The notes under the pieces were generated by a model. It had not been told where the DNA came from and ran no database searches. It saw nothing but the letters and a program-made list of their open reading frames with translations. Below, piece by piece: positions 39,573-49,825 of a DNA stretch of 64,000 bases; within the stretch, counting starts at the first letter, position 1, and the number at the start of each line of letters is the position of its first letter. Origin of the DNA: Alphaproteobacteria bacterium (lineage in GTDB: Bacteria; Pseudomonadota; Alphaproteobacteria; UBA7985; JAUIBT01); NCBI GenBank assembly GCA_030428255.1, contig JAUIBT010000020.1:9380-73379 (forward strand), read 5' to 3'. The position numbers were made by a program, and so were the translations under genes.

Positions 39573-40721
39573 CTACCAGCCGCCAAAGCGGGGCCAGACC
39601 TTCAAGGGCGCATCGGCTTGGCTTGGAATAACGTGATAGCGGTGGTGTTGGGCGGCCACAGCGCAAGCATGGTTCGGCAATATCCGCAAGCGGGTGCCCA
39701 AAGGCAGGTCCGGCAGTGTGGCCGGGCTGCCCGCGCGTACCGCGATGATACCGTGTTCTTGATTGGCTTTGATCATGACAAGATCGTCGATCAGGGCGCC
39801 GGCCTCGTCACACACCAGGCCATAGCCCTGATCCACGGCCTGGCTGGCGGTGCCACGATCGCGCGACATGGCCATCCAGCCAGCGTCGGTGATGATCCAG
39901 CCTTTGTCGCGCTGATGGCCGATTACCGTCGTCAAGACCGACAGCGCGATATCGTCTAGCTCGCACACCCCGATCCCCGCTTGCACAAGATCGAAGAAGG
40001 CATAAACGCCAGCGCGCACCTCGGTGACGCCCTCCAGGCTTTGGGCCGCGTGGGCCGTAGGGGTTGAGCCTATGCTGACCACCGGGCAGGGCAGCCCGGC
40101 GGCTCGCAGAACCTCGGCCGACTTCAAGACCGCGCGCCGCTCCTGCTCCGCAAAGCGGGCGTGCGCCTCCTTGCCCACCACCTCGTAGCTTTCGCCTGCG
40201 TGGGTCAGCACGCCGCGCAGCTCCGCGCCGCCCTTTTGCAAGATCCGCCCGATGGCAATCAAGACCCCTGCACCGGGCGCGACGCCGCTGCGATGGCCGT
40301 CGCTGTCAATCTCAATCAGCGCTGGGATGGCTGCGCCGGTGATCTGCGAGGCTTCGGCGACTGCGCGTGCTTGCTCTGGGCTGTCCAGGATGACCGCCAG
40401 ATCGCAGCCCTGGGCGCGGATCGACACGACCCGCTCCAGCTTGTCTGGCGAAATGCCGACGGCATAAATCATGTCTCGCACGCCAGCCTCTGCAAAGACC
40501 TGCGCTTCGGCCAAAGTTGATACGGTGGCTGGGCCTGTCCCCTTGGTCAGGATTTGAGCAGCGGCATCGAGCGATTTGACGGTCTTCAGGTGCGGGCGCA
40601 ACTGGGCCCCAAGCGAGGCAATGTGATCGGCCAGGCGGCGCACATTGCGCTGCATGCGCGCTTCATCGACGATCAAGGCAGGCGTTTGCACTGCCTGTAA
40701 GCTGTGGAAAGGGGCTGTCAT
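39573..40721 (-). CDS. D-threonine aldolase / DSD1-family PLP enzyme (alanine racemase-like N-domain)
   Basis: ALIVDEARMQRNVRRLADH...LRPHLKTVKS, the PLP-Lys region of the D-TA/DSD1 family, with a C-terminal D-Ser dehydratase-like domain. Confidence 0.8.
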   Translation of the reverse strand: MTAPFHSLQAVQTPALIVDEARMQRNVRRLADHIASLGAQLRPHLKTVKSLDAAAQILTKGTGPATVSTLAEAQVFAEAGVRDMIYAVGISPDKLERVVSIRAQGCDLAVILDSPEQARAVAEASQITGAAIPALIEIDSDGHRSGVAPGAGVLIAIGRILQKGGAELRGVLTHAGESYEVVGKEAHARFAEQERRAVLKSAEVLRAAGLPCPVVSIGSTPTAHAAQSLEGVTEVRAGVYAFFDLVQAGIGVCELDDIALSVLTTVIGHQRDKGWIITDAGWMAMSRDRGTASQAVDQGYGLVCDEAGALIDDLVMIKANQEHGIIAVRAGSPATLPDLPLGTRLRILPNHACAVAAQHHRYHVIPSQADAPLKVWPRFGGW

Positions 40722-40743
40722 GCTGATCTCCGCTTACCCATGC

Positions 40744-42075
40744 TCACGACGAGGCCAAGGCACGAAGCGCTGACTTGGCGGCAACCGTGTGGCTGTTGGC
40801 ATAAGCCTGGTGGCGCTCTTCGATTTTTGCGCCGTCATAGTGATAGTTGACCATCACACCCCAAGCATTTGTTTGGCCCGCATCGCTGAGGTCGGCGTTG
40901 AGATGGATGGCCTCAAGCTCAGCTCCGTTGCCAAGATGAAAGTGCGCTACAGGATCGGCCACGCGCCCCGCGCCGCGCCGCGCTTCCAGCAGGTAGCAGG
41001 CCGCCAAGCGACGAAGCTGTTGGCCTTGGTCGTCAGATAGGGCTTGGCCCTCCTCCAGGGCCTGGATGAGCGCGAGGCTGGCCTCGTCAAGTTGCGGCAC
41101 CGCACCCGATTTGGCAGCGGCCAAAGCCCAAGAGCGCAGACCGGGCACGGGCGAGAGGGTGACAAAGCGCTTGAGCCCTGGCAATTCGCGTGACAGCTCT
41201 TCAACCACTTGTTTGATCAAGAAGCTGCCAAAAGAGACGCCGCGCAGGCCCTTTTGGCAATTGGAAATGGAGTAAAAGACCGCCGTGGTCGCTTGGTCAG
41301 GCTCCAGGCCCTTGCGCTGAGATTTCAAGATTGGCGCGATGGCTTCCGGAGTATCGGCGGTCAGTGCGACCTCCACGAAGATCAGCGGCTCGTCGGGCAT
41401 GGCGGGGTGGAAAAAGGCAAACAGCCGACGATCCGGTGATCCGACGCGCTGGCGCAAATCCTCCCAGCCTTGGATTTCGTGAACCGCTTCGTAAGCGATG
41501 ATTTTTTCTAGGATTGCCGCCGACGTGGACCAGTCAATGTGGCGGATTTCCAGAAATCCTCGATTGAACCAGGACAAGAAAAGATGGCGAAAATCAAGGT
41601 CCAAGCCCGCCAGTTGCGGGCGCGCGGCCAAACAGCTCAATAGCTCAGCGCGCAGATTGACCAGGCGCGCTGTGGCACCCGGCACACGATTGAGTGCGCG
41701 AATCAGCGCCTGACTGCGGGGTTCTGCTGCAAAGTGCAGCGCTCTGGCGGTGGTGACATCGCCCGGCGTCCAGTTCGCAATGGCTTGCTTGAGTTTGGCC
41801 TCATCGGGGCCGAAGGTCGCGGCGATTTGCACCAGAATATCTTGGCGTTCGTCTCGCTCAAGCGCTTCCAAGCGATCGAGGATCCGTCGCGCCATGACCA
41901 GACCAGAGGCTTCGCCGTGATCGGTCAACAAGCGATGGCAAGCTTCGACCAAATCAAGGCTTTCGTCTTCGCCGTTTGCGGCGCGTTGACGCCCGCCACC
42001 AGCGATACGACGGAACATATCACTCAAAAAGCGTGTGCTCGCAGCACTTGCGATCATGGACTCGATGCCTTCCAC
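40744..42075 (-). CDS. Malonyl-CoA decarboxylase
   Basis: MCD family conserved block AVFYSISNCQKGLRGVSFGSFLIKQVVEEL. Confidence 0.85.
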   Translation of the reverse strand: MEGIESMIASAASTRFLSDMFRRIAGGGRQRAANGEDESLDLVEACHRLLTDHGEASGLVMARRILDRLEALERDERQDILVQIAATFGPDEAKLKQAIANWTPGDVTTARALHFAAEPRSQALIRALNRVPGATARLVNLRAELLSCLAARPQLAGLDLDFRHLFLSWFNRGFLEIRHIDWSTSAAILEKIIAYEAVHEIQGWEDLRQRVGSPDRRLFAFFHPAMPDEPLIFVEVALTADTPEAIAPILKSQRKGLEPDQATTAVFYSISNCQKGLRGVSFGSFLIKQVVEELSRELPGLKRFVTLSPVPGLRSWALAAAKSGAVPQLDEASLALIQALEEGQALSDDQGQQLRRLAACYLLEARRGAGRVADPVAHFHLGNGAELEAIHLNADLSDAGQTNAWGVMVNYHYDGAKIEERHQAYANSHTVAAKSALRALASS

Positions 42076-42441
42076 AGCCTGCCGCGTCGATGGGATCGCA
42101 CTGGGGCTGCCATATCTGTTGAGATGGAACGCACTTCACCGCTGCTTGGCGGGCCAAGGCAGGGCTAGAGCGTCCGTGTTGGGGAGAGGCTTTTGAGATG
42201 ATCGCGAGCCACCGTTAGCTGCCCGCAAGGAGAGCCAAGGGCGCAAGGATCGTAGAAGTGTCAAGCTGACAGGGCAAGCCCTTGCAGGTGAGAAACCTGG
42301 GCGCAGGCCGATCAAGGGCTCTGCCGGGCTACTGTGATCTGCGTACAGGCTCTGGCGTCGTCTCGACCTGGCCTGGCCCACTGATGCACCGATCTACGCG
42401 GCGCCTAGCGCAGTGCAGAGTCACAGTACCCAGTCGAATGC

Positions 42442-42588
42442 TTAGCGCGCGTTGTGGAAGATGTCGGCGATGTCAGCGCGCACGATGCCGATGTCTGCCA
42501 ATTCGCGGTCGCTCAAAGAGGTCAGTTCGCGATACAGAGTGTTGCGCTTGTTGGTTTTTTCGACGTAGCGAGAGAGAGACTTGAACAT
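42442..42588 (-). CDS. DUF1127 domain small protein (48 aa), absent from the ORF track (<60 aa)
   Basis: The minus-strand translation is MFKSLSRYVEKTNKRNTLYRELTSLSDRELADIGIVRADIADIFHNAR*. The DUF1127 signature is L..LSDREL.DIG..R.DI. A GAGG RBS precedes it. Confidence 0.7.
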   Translation of the reverse strand: MFKSLSRYVEKTNKRNTLYRELTSLSDRELADIGIVRADIADIFHNAR

Positions 42589-42832
42589 GATAATTGCCTC
42601 GAAGTGCTAGAAACGATTGGGGCCAAGCCTGGCCACCAAGGGAGCGATCAACTCTGACCGCCCACAGAAGGTGGGACCAAACAGGCCTTTGGACAAGCGA
42701 CAGCCTCGCAGCTCTGGCATGCGCTTTTTGCAGCCTCAGTTTGGAGGGGTTGCGCTGGCTGCGTAGTCTCCGGGGCTTGGCTGGCTGGGGAGGCAAGCTA
42801 GACTGAGTGCCCAATCGCGGACAGGAGGCCCT

Positions 42833-43612
42833 ATGCTCATCAACAGTCCAACGCTTTGGCGTCACGCCCTTCGCCTCAAGGCGGGTCAGGGGCACAAGTA
42901 TGACCACGGATTGGCGGTCATTTATGCAGCGCCAGAGCTAACCGGCGCAACGCGGCTGGCCGCCGAGGCTTGCGCCAGGGTTGGCGTGGGCTTGGTGACG
43001 GTCCTGGCACCCAAAGCCACGGCTGCCATCTATCAAGCCAGCCTGCCGCCGCACATCATGGTGCGCAGCGATTTGGCCTACCAAGACCCAAGGGTTGGCG
43101 CCCGCCTCTATGGGTCGGGTGGGCTTGCCGTTGCGCCTGATTTTTCGGGACAAGTTCCCAGCGTGTTGGACGCCGATGCATTGGCGGGCCTGCCCGCACG
43201 TCTGCCCGCACGTCTGGGCGATTCCTTTATCTTAACGCCGCACGAAGGCGAGTTCGCTCGCGCGTTCCCCGGCATCGACGGAGCTGCAACGCGCAACTAT
43301 CGTGCACTGGCCGCCGCGCGGCTCAGCGGCGCTGTCGTGGTGCTCAAGGGCGCACAAACCATCCTTGCAGCGGCTGACGGGCGCATGGTCATCAACCGTC
43401 ATGCCAGCGCAGATCTGGCGACAGCGGGCAGTGGGGATGTTTTGGCGGGTATGATCACCGGCCTGCTTGCGCGCGGTCTGGAACCCTTGTTGGCGGCCGC
43501 TGCAGCCGTATGGATGCATGGCGAGGCGGCGCGACGCTTTGGGCCGGGCTTGGTGGCCAGCGACTTGCCAGCGCTGTTGCCCGCAGTTTTGCGTGATCTG
43601 GCCGGGGCTTAG
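42833..43612 (+). CDS. nnr: ADP-dependent (S)-NAD(P)H-hydrate dehydratase (YjeF C-terminal domain)
   Basis: KYDHGLAVIYAAPELTGATRLAAEA...GSGDVLAG. Contains an in-frame 12-bp duplication (LPARLPAR). Confidence 0.85.
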   Translation: MLINSPTLWRHALRLKAGQGHKYDHGLAVIYAAPELTGATRLAAEACARVGVGLVTVLAPKATAAIYQASLPPHIMVRSDLAYQDPRVGARLYGSGGLAVAPDFSGQVPSVLDADALAGLPARLPARLGDSFILTPHEGEFARAFPGIDGAATRNYRALAAARLSGAVVVLKGAQTILAAADGRMVINRHASADLATAGSGDVLAGMITGLLARGLEPLLAAAAAVWMHGEAARRFGPGLVASDLPALLPAVLRDLAGA

Positions 43613-44070
43613 CGCGTTTCGCACCGGGCTGGATGTTGGGTCCGGGGCTTCGCGATGTGTGTCCGTGCCCCTAAACAAGCAAGCAGTTTGGATACACTCT
43701 AGCCCCGCTCTTCGAAGCTAGGCTAGCGCCGCGTTGCCCGTGTTGAGGCCAGCAAGGCGCACCAATCTGCAGCGCGGTGGTCTGATGTCTGGATTAGGGT
43801 CGCCAGCGATGTGCTCAAGCAGCATCGCGAAACCTGGACGCATAGTGCCATGTGTCGGGCGCTCTGTCTGATAGGGTTCTGTGACGAATACCAGCGCTTT
43901 CGTCGCACCTCCGGGCGGGGCGAGGTCAGGCCAGGCGCGTCCAATACCAAAACCGCGTCGCATCTTGCTGCGCAGAGCCTTGGTAGGACTTGCCGTATAG
44001 CGACCCGTTAGATGGCAGAGCGATCGCCGCGACACTGCGTTGGTACAAGCCGCACCCAGACAAGCAAGCG

Positions 44071-44105
44071 CAAACAAAAAGGGCCAGCCGTATCCGACTG
44101 ACCCC
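44071..44105 (-). terminator. Rho-independent terminator after the ABC substrate-binding protein gene
   Basis: Minus strand: GGGTCAGTCGGATACGGCTGGCCC + TTTTTGTTTG. Confidence 0.7.
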
Positions 44106-44137
44106 TTTGTTGATTGTGCGAGCAATGCTCAGGCTGG

Positions 44138-45745
44138 TTAAGCCATCCACCAGCGCTCGGTTGCCTTGTGGCCGTCCATCTCCCAGTTGGGCGCGACATT
44201 GTCGCTGTGCGCAACCTTCTTGGAGATACCCATGATGTAATTGGCAAACATGGGCACGATGGCTCCGCCGTCATCGCTAATGAGGGTCTGAGCTTCGGCA
44301 TAGAGGGCGCGACGCTTGCCTTCGTCCAACTCAGCACGGGCGTCTTTAACGATCGCGTTGAAGCGGCTGGCGGCATCGGTGCCTTTCCAAGCGGTGTCGT
44401 TCCACTCGGTGGTGTCAACGTAGGCGGATGAGAACATCCAATCCTCGGTCGGGCGACCACCCCAATAGCACATGCACCAGCCCTTCTTGTTCCAGACGTT
44501 GGACCAGTAGCCGTCCTTAGGCTCGCGCACGACTTCGATGTCGATGCCCGCTTCCTTGGCTGAGGCCGCGGCCAGAACCGCTGCATCCACCGCACCTGCA
44601 AAGGCAGCGTCAGAGGCAGACAGTTGGATGGTGCCAGAGTGGCCAGACTTCTTATAGTGGAAGGCCGCTTTGTCAGCGTCAAACTCGCGCTGTGGCAAGC
44701 CCGAAGCGTGGTAGCGGTTGGCGGTCGAAATTGGGTGATCGTTCCCCAGGGCGCCGTGGCCCAGCAGGATCTTATCCACCATTTCTTGACGCTTGATCGC
44801 CAGCTTCATCGCCATGCGCAGGTCGTAGTTGTCAAACGGCGCAACATCCAAGCGCATCGGCATGGTGTAGTGCAGCGTGCCGGTGATCTCCAGAATGTTG
44901 ATCGCAGGGTTGCGTGACAGCAGCGCGACCGTCTTAGGGTCGATGCGGTCAATGGCATGAACCTGGCCAGACATGAGCGCTGCTTGGCGGGCAGAGGGGT
45001 TGATGATCGACAGAATCTCTACGCTGTCAAAGTGACCCGCGCCGTCTTTCCAATAGTTGGGGTTCTTGCGGCCGATGAAGCGAACACCGGGCTCGAAGTT
45101 CTCCAGGATGTAGGCACCGGTACCAATGCCAGAGGTGGGGTCCACCTTGCCGTCAACGGCGGGCATGATGATCGCGTGGTAGTCGGACACGATGAAGGGG
45201 AAGTCAGCGTTTGCGCCGCTCAGCTCAACCACCACGTTGTCGCCATCGATACGGATATCGTCAACCGCGGACAGGTTGCCCTTAATCGCAGACTTGGAAT
45301 CGTCGCCACGGTGGTAGTTCAGCGAGGCCACCACGTCAGAGGGCTCCAAAGTCTTGCCGTTGTGGAATTCCACGCCCTTGCGGATCTTGAAGACCCAGGT
45401 CTTCGCGTCTGCGGACTCGTAAGATTCACACAGGTCAGGGCGCAGTTGGCCGTCCTGGCCCACCTCGGTCAAATGGCCACCCCAGCTGTTGCCGATGTGG
45501 GTCATCATACCATTTTCGAAGGTGCCGGGGTCCAGCGAGTCCGTGGTCGAACCGTGGCCCATGCCCATGCGGAAGTCACCGCCGGACTTGGGCGTCGCGG
45601 CCATGGCTTGGTCCGCCATGCCCATGGCAGCCGGAAGCGCCAAGCCAGCGGCTGTAGCACCCATAATAAACTGTCGGCGATCTATCTGGCCTGAAGCGAA
45701 CTTGCGCTTTTGCTCAGCAAGGAAGATCTGTTTCAGATCAATCAT
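44138..45745 (-). CDS. ABC transporter substrate-binding protein, family 5 (peptide/nickel/opine type), Tat signal
   Basis: RRQFIMGATAAGLALPAAMGMA twin-arginine signal and an SBP_bac_5 fold over 535 aa. Confidence 0.9.
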   Translation of the reverse strand: MIDLKQIFLAEQKRKFASGQIDRRQFIMGATAAGLALPAAMGMADQAMAATPKSGGDFRMGMGHGSTTDSLDPGTFENGMMTHIGNSWGGHLTEVGQDGQLRPDLCESYESADAKTWVFKIRKGVEFHNGKTLEPSDVVASLNYHRGDDSKSAIKGNLSAVDDIRIDGDNVVVELSGANADFPFIVSDYHAIIMPAVDGKVDPTSGIGTGAYILENFEPGVRFIGRKNPNYWKDGAGHFDSVEILSIINPSARQAALMSGQVHAIDRIDPKTVALLSRNPAINILEITGTLHYTMPMRLDVAPFDNYDLRMAMKLAIKRQEMVDKILLGHGALGNDHPISTANRYHASGLPQREFDADKAAFHYKKSGHSGTIQLSASDAAFAGAVDAAVLAAASAKEAGIDIEVVREPKDGYWSNVWNKKGWCMCYWGGRPTEDWMFSSAYVDTTEWNDTAWKGTDAASRFNAIVKDARAELDEGKRRALYAEAQTLISDDGGAIVPMFANYIMGISKKVAHSDNVAPNWEMDGHKATERWWMA

Positions 45746-46147
45746 TGATGTATGTCTCCTGTTTCTTCCATCAGTCTGATAGCTGAAGTCGTACGCACAT
45801 GCGCCGCTTCATTTGAGATTTTTCGGGCTTTGGAGCCGCGGGACCTGCGGTTCAAAACTTCGCGGCTCTACACCACGGTGTTTTCGACCAAGATCACAGC
45901 GCCTAGGCACCAGTTTTCAGACAAGGGCATGCTAGCGCCAGAAAATATTTTGTCCAACTTTGAATTCACGTGTTGCGGAAAATGACTAGCCCTCATAGGC
46001 TCATTGCTACAAAATTGGGGCAACATGGATTAGCTTGTGTCCAATCGAAGGCAAAAATCGTAAGATTTTTGCTGACTTAGCCAATACGGCCTGCGGACCA
46101 AGCTGCATCACAATACCAAGCGCTGGCAAGGCGCGGGAGGAAATTCG

Positions 46148-47128
46148 GTGAATTCAGTTTTGATCACGGTGATTCAGCGGCTCTTGCTGGGCCTTATCAC
46201 CTTGTTCTTCGTGTCGATAATCATCTTCGCCATGGTTGCCATGCTGCCCGGCGACTTCACCCAAGCGGTGCTTGGGCAAGCCGCGCTTGAGGAGACGGTT
46301 CAGGCCTTCCGTAAGGAGTTGGGTCTAGATCAGCCTGCGGTCTACCGTTATTTCCAGTGGCTGGGCGCTGTTTTGCAGGGCGATTTTGGTACGTCCTTCT
46401 CAGGTCGTGCTTCTTCAGGCATCGACCGCTCGCGTCCCGTGCTGGAGCTGATCGAGCCGCGCCTTTATAATACGCTGTTCTTGGCTTCCATGACCGCGAT
46501 TGTTGCGGTGCCGCTGGCGCTCTATCTGGGCATCACCGCCGCCTTGCATCGCAACGGCTTTTTCGACCGCTTGATCAACACCGTCACTTTGGTGTCGATT
46601 TCTTTGCCCGAGTTCCTGGTGGCTTACGTCTTGATGGCGCTGTTGGCCGTGCTGTGGCCGGTCTTCCCGCCAATTTCGGAAGTCCGCCCAGGGGCTGACT
46701 TCTTTGACCGCCTCTATATCTCCGTGCTGCCGGCCTTGACGCTGACGATGGTGACCATTGCTCACATGATGCGCATGACCCGCGCTGCGATTATCAACTT
46801 GCTGGCCAGCCCCTACGTCGAAATGGCGCGCTTGAAGGGCGTCGCTCAGCGCGAGATCATCATTAAGCACGTTTTGCCCAACGCTTGGGCGCCCATTGCA
46901 ACAGTGATTGCCTTCAACCTGGCCTATTTGGTCATCGGCGTGGTGGTGGTCGAAACGGTCTTTACCTATCCCGGGATTGGCCGCCTGATGGTCGATAGCG
47001 TGACAACGCGCGATATTCCTATCGTTCAAGCCTGCGGGCTGATCTTTGCGGGGACCTATATCTTCTTGAATATGTCGGCTGATATCATCGGCATCGTTAC
47101 CAATCCTCGCCTCCTTCACCCACGTTGA
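46148..47128 (+). CDS. ABC transporter permease (DppB/OppB-like)
   Basis: Six-TM BPD_transp_1 permease with an N-terminal DppB-type helix. Confidence 0.9.
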   Translation: MNSVLITVIQRLLLGLITLFFVSIIIFAMVAMLPGDFTQAVLGQAALEETVQAFRKELGLDQPAVYRYFQWLGAVLQGDFGTSFSGRASSGIDRSRPVLELIEPRLYNTLFLASMTAIVAVPLALYLGITAALHRNGFFDRLINTVTLVSISLPEFLVAYVLMALLAVLWPVFPPISEVRPGADFFDRLYISVLPALTLTMVTIAHMMRMTRAAIINLLASPYVEMARLKGVAQREIIIKHVLPNAWAPIATVIAFNLAYLVIGVVVVETVFTYPGIGRLMVDSVTTRDIPIVQACGLIFAGTYIFLNMSADIIGIVTNPRLLHPR

Positions 47129-47138
47129 GCCCGCAGTC

Positions 47139-48053
47139 ATGAGCACGAAAAACTACTCCGCGACTGCCGAGGTCGCACACGTAAGAACCCGCCGGACTTG
47201 GCTTCACCGCATGTGGCTGGGCCTCAAGAAGGCCCCGCTAACCGCCTGGTTTGGCCTCATCGTCATCCTTGGCTATTTGTTCTGCATGATCTTTGCGGAC
47301 CTGATCGCTCCCCACGGCGAAGCTGAGGTGTTCGCTATACCCTATGCGCCCTGGTCCGAAGAACACCGCTTGGGCACGGACCACTTGGGCCGCGATATTC
47401 TTTCGCGCTTGATCTTTGGCGCGCGCAATACCGTTGGCATCGCCTTGCTGACCACCTTGCTATCCTTCGCCATCGGTGGCGGTCTTGGTCTGGTGGCAGC
47501 AATCAACCGCTCTTGGCTCGATCAAATATTGAGCCGCTTTGTCGATATCCTCTTGGCCATTCCAAGCCTGATTTTTGCTCTTATGCTGCTGGCGGTATTT
47601 GGGTCGTCGGTACTGAACTTGATCATCATCATCGCGGTACTGGACTCGACCCGCGTATTTCGCTTGACCCGCGCGGTGGCGCTGAATGTCGTGGTGATGG
47701 ACTACGTTGAGGCGGCGCGTTTGCGCGGTGAAAAACTGGGCTGGATCATGCGCCGCGAGATCCTCCCCAACATCATGCCGCCGCTGGTCGCTGAGTTTGG
47801 TCTGCGCTTTAGCTTCGTCTTCTTGACGATTGCCGCTCTGTCCTTCCTGGGCCTTGGCATCCAGCCGCCAACCGCCGACTGGGGCACTATGGTGCGCGAG
47901 CTTTCCACCTTCATCAACTACCTGAACTACGACCTGCGTCTGGGCCTGTTGGCCTTTATTCCAGGCAGTGCGATTGCGCTGTTGACCGTTGCGGTCAACT
48001 TCGTGGTCGATTGGTTCTTACATCAAACGTCGGGGTTGCGCGATGAGCACTAA
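47139..48053 (+). CDS. ABC transporter permease (DppC/OppC-like)
   Basis: BPD_transp_1 permease with an OppC-type N-terminus. Confidence 0.9.
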   Translation: MSTKNYSATAEVAHVRTRRTWLHRMWLGLKKAPLTAWFGLIVILGYLFCMIFADLIAPHGEAEVFAIPYAPWSEEHRLGTDHLGRDILSRLIFGARNTVGIALLTTLLSFAIGGGLGLVAAINRSWLDQILSRFVDILLAIPSLIFALMLLAVFGSSVLNLIIIIAVLDSTRVFRLTRAVALNVVVMDYVEAARLRGEKLGWIMRREILPNIMPPLVAEFGLRFSFVFLTIAALSFLGLGIQPPTADWGTMVRELSTFINYLNYDLRLGLLAFIPGSAIALLTVAVNFVVDWFLHQTSGLRDEH

Positions 48054-49650
48054 GTCAGACCTGCTGCTGGATATGCGCGGCATCAAGATTGAGGGCTTCA
48101 GTGATGAGCGCTGGCACCCCATCATCAAGGGTGTCGATCTGCAACTCCACCGCGGTGAAGTTCTGGGCCTGATCGGTGAGTCGGGCGCGGGCAAGTCCAC
48201 GCTGGGCCTGGCGGCCATGGGCTTTGCGCGGCCCGGCTGCCGGATCACCGACGGCCAAATCCTGTTCGATGGCCGAGACCTGAAGCCCATGAAGGAGTCC
48301 GAGAAGCGCAAACTTTGGGGCTCGCGCATGGCCTATGTCGCCCAGTCGGCGGCGGCCTCGTTCAACCCCGCGCATAGGCTGATCGACCAGACCATTGAAG
48401 CGAGCCTGATCAAGGGCCTAAAGTCGCAAAACGAGGCCAAGGCGGATGCGGTCGAGCTGTATCGCGCACTGCAATTGCCCGATCCTGGCAGCATCGGTTT
48501 CCGCTATCCTCACCAGGTGTCGGGTGGACAGCTTCAGCGGGTCATGACCGCGATGGCCATGGCCACGCGACCGGACTTGATCATTTTCGATGAGCCAACG
48601 ACGGCATTGGATGTGACCACACAGGTCGAGGTTTTGCTGGCCATGCGCAACATCGTCGAGCAGTTCGGCACGGCGGCGATCTACATCACCCACGATTTGG
48701 CGGTGGTGGCGCAAATGGCCGACCGCATCAAGGTCTTGCGCTATGGCGAACAGGTTGAGGAGGCCGAGACGCGGCGCATGCTGGAGGCCCCGCAGGAGGA
48801 CTACACCAAGTCGCTCTGGTCGGTGCGCTCGATCCAAAAGCCCGAAGAGACCAGCGAGGACTACGTTCTGACGCTCGATGGCGTCGATGCTGGCTACACG
48901 CGCTCGCTGAAAGTGCTAAAGAATGTCAATATCAAGGTTCCACGTGGGCGCACCGTGGCCGTGGTTGGCGAGTCCGGCTCGGGCAAATCGACCACCGCAA
49001 GGGTCATTACCGGCTTGCTGCCGCCCAGCGCGGGCAGCGTTCGCTTCAATGGTGAACCTTTGCCCGCAGCGCTCAAGGACCGCAGCCTTGATCAGTTGCG
49101 CGAAATCCAAATGATCTATCAAATGGCGGATACGGCCATGAACCCGCGTCAGACCGTGGGCGAGATCATTGGCCGGCCGCTGGAATTCTACCACGGCATG
49201 AGCGGGCGCAAGAAAGAAGAGCGCATCACCGATCTGCTGCGCATGATCGAGCTAGATGACAGCTTCGCTGATCGTTTGCCCTCTGAGCTGTCCGGCGGGC
49301 AAAAGCAGCGCATCTGCATCGCACGGGCCTTGGCCGCCGAGCCAGACGTGATCATTTGCGATGAGGTCACTTCGGCCTTGGACCAGATTGTGCAGGAAGG
49401 CATTTTGAACTTGCTGCTGAATTTACAAGAGAAATTCGGCATTTCTTACATCTTCATCACCCACGATATTGCGACGGTCAAAGCCATCTCGGACGAGATC
49501 GTTATCATGTTCCAAGGCGAAGTTGTCGAGCAAGGACTGAAGAGTGAGATACTAGCGCCGCCGCATCCCGACTATACCCAACTGCTGCTGTCTTCGGTGC
49601 CAGAGATGGACCCTGATTGGTTGGACACGCTGGTAACAGAGCGCAGCTAG
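48043..49650 (+). CDS. ABC transporter ATP-binding protein, fused duplicated ATPase (DppD/DppF-like)
   Basis: Two Walker A (GESGAGKST; GESGSGKST), two LSGGQ signatures, two Walker B. The ATG at 48043 overlaps the permease stop. Confidence 0.92.
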   Translation: MSTKSDLLLDMRGIKIEGFSDERWHPIIKGVDLQLHRGEVLGLIGESGAGKSTLGLAAMGFARPGCRITDGQILFDGRDLKPMKESEKRKLWGSRMAYVAQSAAASFNPAHRLIDQTIEASLIKGLKSQNEAKADAVELYRALQLPDPGSIGFRYPHQVSGGQLQRVMTAMAMATRPDLIIFDEPTTALDVTTQVEVLLAMRNIVEQFGTAAIYITHDLAVVAQMADRIKVLRYGEQVEEAETRRMLEAPQEDYTKSLWSVRSIQKPEETSEDYVLTLDGVDAGYTRSLKVLKNVNIKVPRGRTVAVVGESGSGKSTTARVITGLLPPSAGSVRFNGEPLPAALKDRSLDQLREIQMIYQMADTAMNPRQTVGEIIGRPLEFYHGMSGRKKEERITDLLRMIELDDSFADRLPSELSGGQKQRICIARALAAEPDVIICDEVTSALDQIVQEGILNLLLNLQEKFGISYIFITHDIATVKAISDEIVIMFQGEVVEQGLKSEILAPPHPDYTQLLLSSVPEMDPDWLDTLVTERS

Positions 49651-49825
49651 GCAGGTGCCTTGCAGCCAAAGGAGCCAGCATCAACCTTAAGCACAGTGGG
49701 AACGAACCTGGGGTGCCTTTTGCGATGTTGGCCCAGCCCAGCGCTTTGTTGTCCTTGCAGGCGATGGCAAGTTGGAGGTCACAGATTTTCAGTTTGAGGG
49801 CGAGCCACGCGGCGCGCTCGGGCCG

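Noticed and set aside
43718-44125. 135-aa minus-strand ORF downstream of the ABC binding-protein gene
   Set aside because: It begins upstream of, and reads through, the binding-protein terminator hairpin. It has no RBS, and its Arg/Ala/Gly-rich translation matches no known family.
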